DNA of 64,000 nt from the NCBI GenBank assembly GCA_964199315.1, contig OZ116707.1, forward strand, positions 18,662,001 to 18,726,000. The letters are read 5' to 3'. Source of the stretch: Orbicella franksi (taxonomy: Eukaryota). A model generated the notes under the pieces. That model had not been told where the DNA came from. It searched no databases and saw only the letters and a list, made by a program, of their open reading frames with translations. This document shows positions 62,956 through 64,000 of the stretch, piece by piece. The position numbers were made by a program, and so were the translations under genes. Position 1 is the stretch's first letter; each line of letters starts with the position of its first letter.

Positions 62956-63663
62956 AGGAATTTGGGCTATCCTTGTTTTGCGAACCGTACTTCGCTTTTT
63001 TCTTTCCTTTTTCCATGTCATTCTTTCATTTCTTTGTTAGCCTTCTTATAATCACTTTGCAAATTATGTCACGCGCTCGAACAGGGCGAACAATAATGTG
63101 GGAGAATAAATAAGATTGGCGGTCGACCAATGCAATCTCAAATAACGCGAAAAATGACCATATAACCTACAATGAAAAATTCAGAATTTATTTTCTGACA
63201 GAGACCTTAAATTCAAGGAGGTCTGCGTTTCTGTTACCTTAAAGGAAGTCAAAATTCGACATTTTCCCATTATGGTAAAATGCCTGCCTGACAGATTGTC
63301 ATTATTCTTGGTTTTAGTCAGTTTTTAAAACCCTGAAAGTTTTTGAGATTGGGTCATCGACCGCTGGGACGGATTCGAGAAATAATTTCTAGTTCAAAAA
63401 TACTAATGATCTCGCAACCTGAAAATGTTGCGCTGCGTCATGAGTTCGACGTTTGCAGGACATTTAACTCAGACGCGAAGGTAGAATCTTCTTGAGAGCA
63501 AAGGTAAAAAGTCGCTGATTTCGGAACTCTACGATTCGGATTCTTTTTGAACTAGCTTTGAGTAAACTGTCACTTTTTACCAGCTTCTTTGCGGTGTTTA
63601 ACAAATAAATTAATTGCATTTTCTTGAAATATAAGGCTTTGGAAAACTTTTTCTACATAGATA

Positions 63664-63970
63664 CCGTAAATCCTCGAACTAGGACCTCCTCCTCCTCCCC
63701 CTCTTAAATAAGCGCCCCCTTCGAATAAGCGCCCTTCCCATCGGCCAAAATTTAAAAAAGCGCCTCCCTTCGAACAAGCGCGCCCTCTACTCCCCTTGTT
63801 TTATCGAAGAGTACTGAGACAACACAGGATGTATAGTTTTGGTCGTGTTGGTCGTGCCCAATCACCACAGCAAGTGATCGTTGACTCATTCAAGCACTGC
63901 AAATTGACCGTCGCACCGGACGGCAATGAAGATCTGATGATTCACTGCCTAAAGCCCAGCCAACCTTGTG
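63664..63970 (+). mobile_element. internally deleted pogo/Tigger-family DNA transposon (TIR + transposase C-terminal remnant)
   Basis: TA|CCGTAAATCCTC left end with repeated AATAAGCGCCC subterminal motifs. It is followed by QVIVDSFKHCKLTVAPDGNEDLMIHCLKPSQPC, resembling the pogo-type C-terminal KSFKxCGI...DGSEDxxIHC motif. Confidence 0.75.
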
Positions 63971-64000
63971 CGTGTAGCATGCTTAAACCGACCAAAGGGG

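Overview
AT-rich, intron-dense animal genomic DNA. The interspersed repeat families and secreted-protein families suggest a stony coral (inference). I assembled gene models by hand from splice signals, phase continuity and protein families recalled from memory; no alignments were run. Genes: a secreted protein with a fibrinogen-like N-terminal motif (+, 2905-4083); TGFBRAP1/Vps3-like (-, 31 coding exons, one GC-AG intron); a divergently transcribed single-PDZ NHERF/EBP50-like gene (+); a PAN/apple + fibrinogen-related secreted protein (-) with an upstream paralogous PAN exon; C1orf131/Faf1-like (+); ILVBL/HACL2 (-, 19 exons). Repeats: a 55-bp hairpin tandem array (1-1410), a 3.3-kb higher-order satellite directly upstream of ILVBL, a 104/116-bp array near 62.6 kb, and several MITE, SINE, LINE and pogo fragments. 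The most notable find is a five-exon, recently disabled gene at 58380-60693, only partly visible in the ORF track. It combines a GTF2I (TFII-I)-like I-repeat, an S/T/P pentapeptide linker, a PHD finger and a C-terminal helical region, and lies between the two satellite arrays. A candidate 43-aa Tyr-rich microprotein is at 31390-31521.
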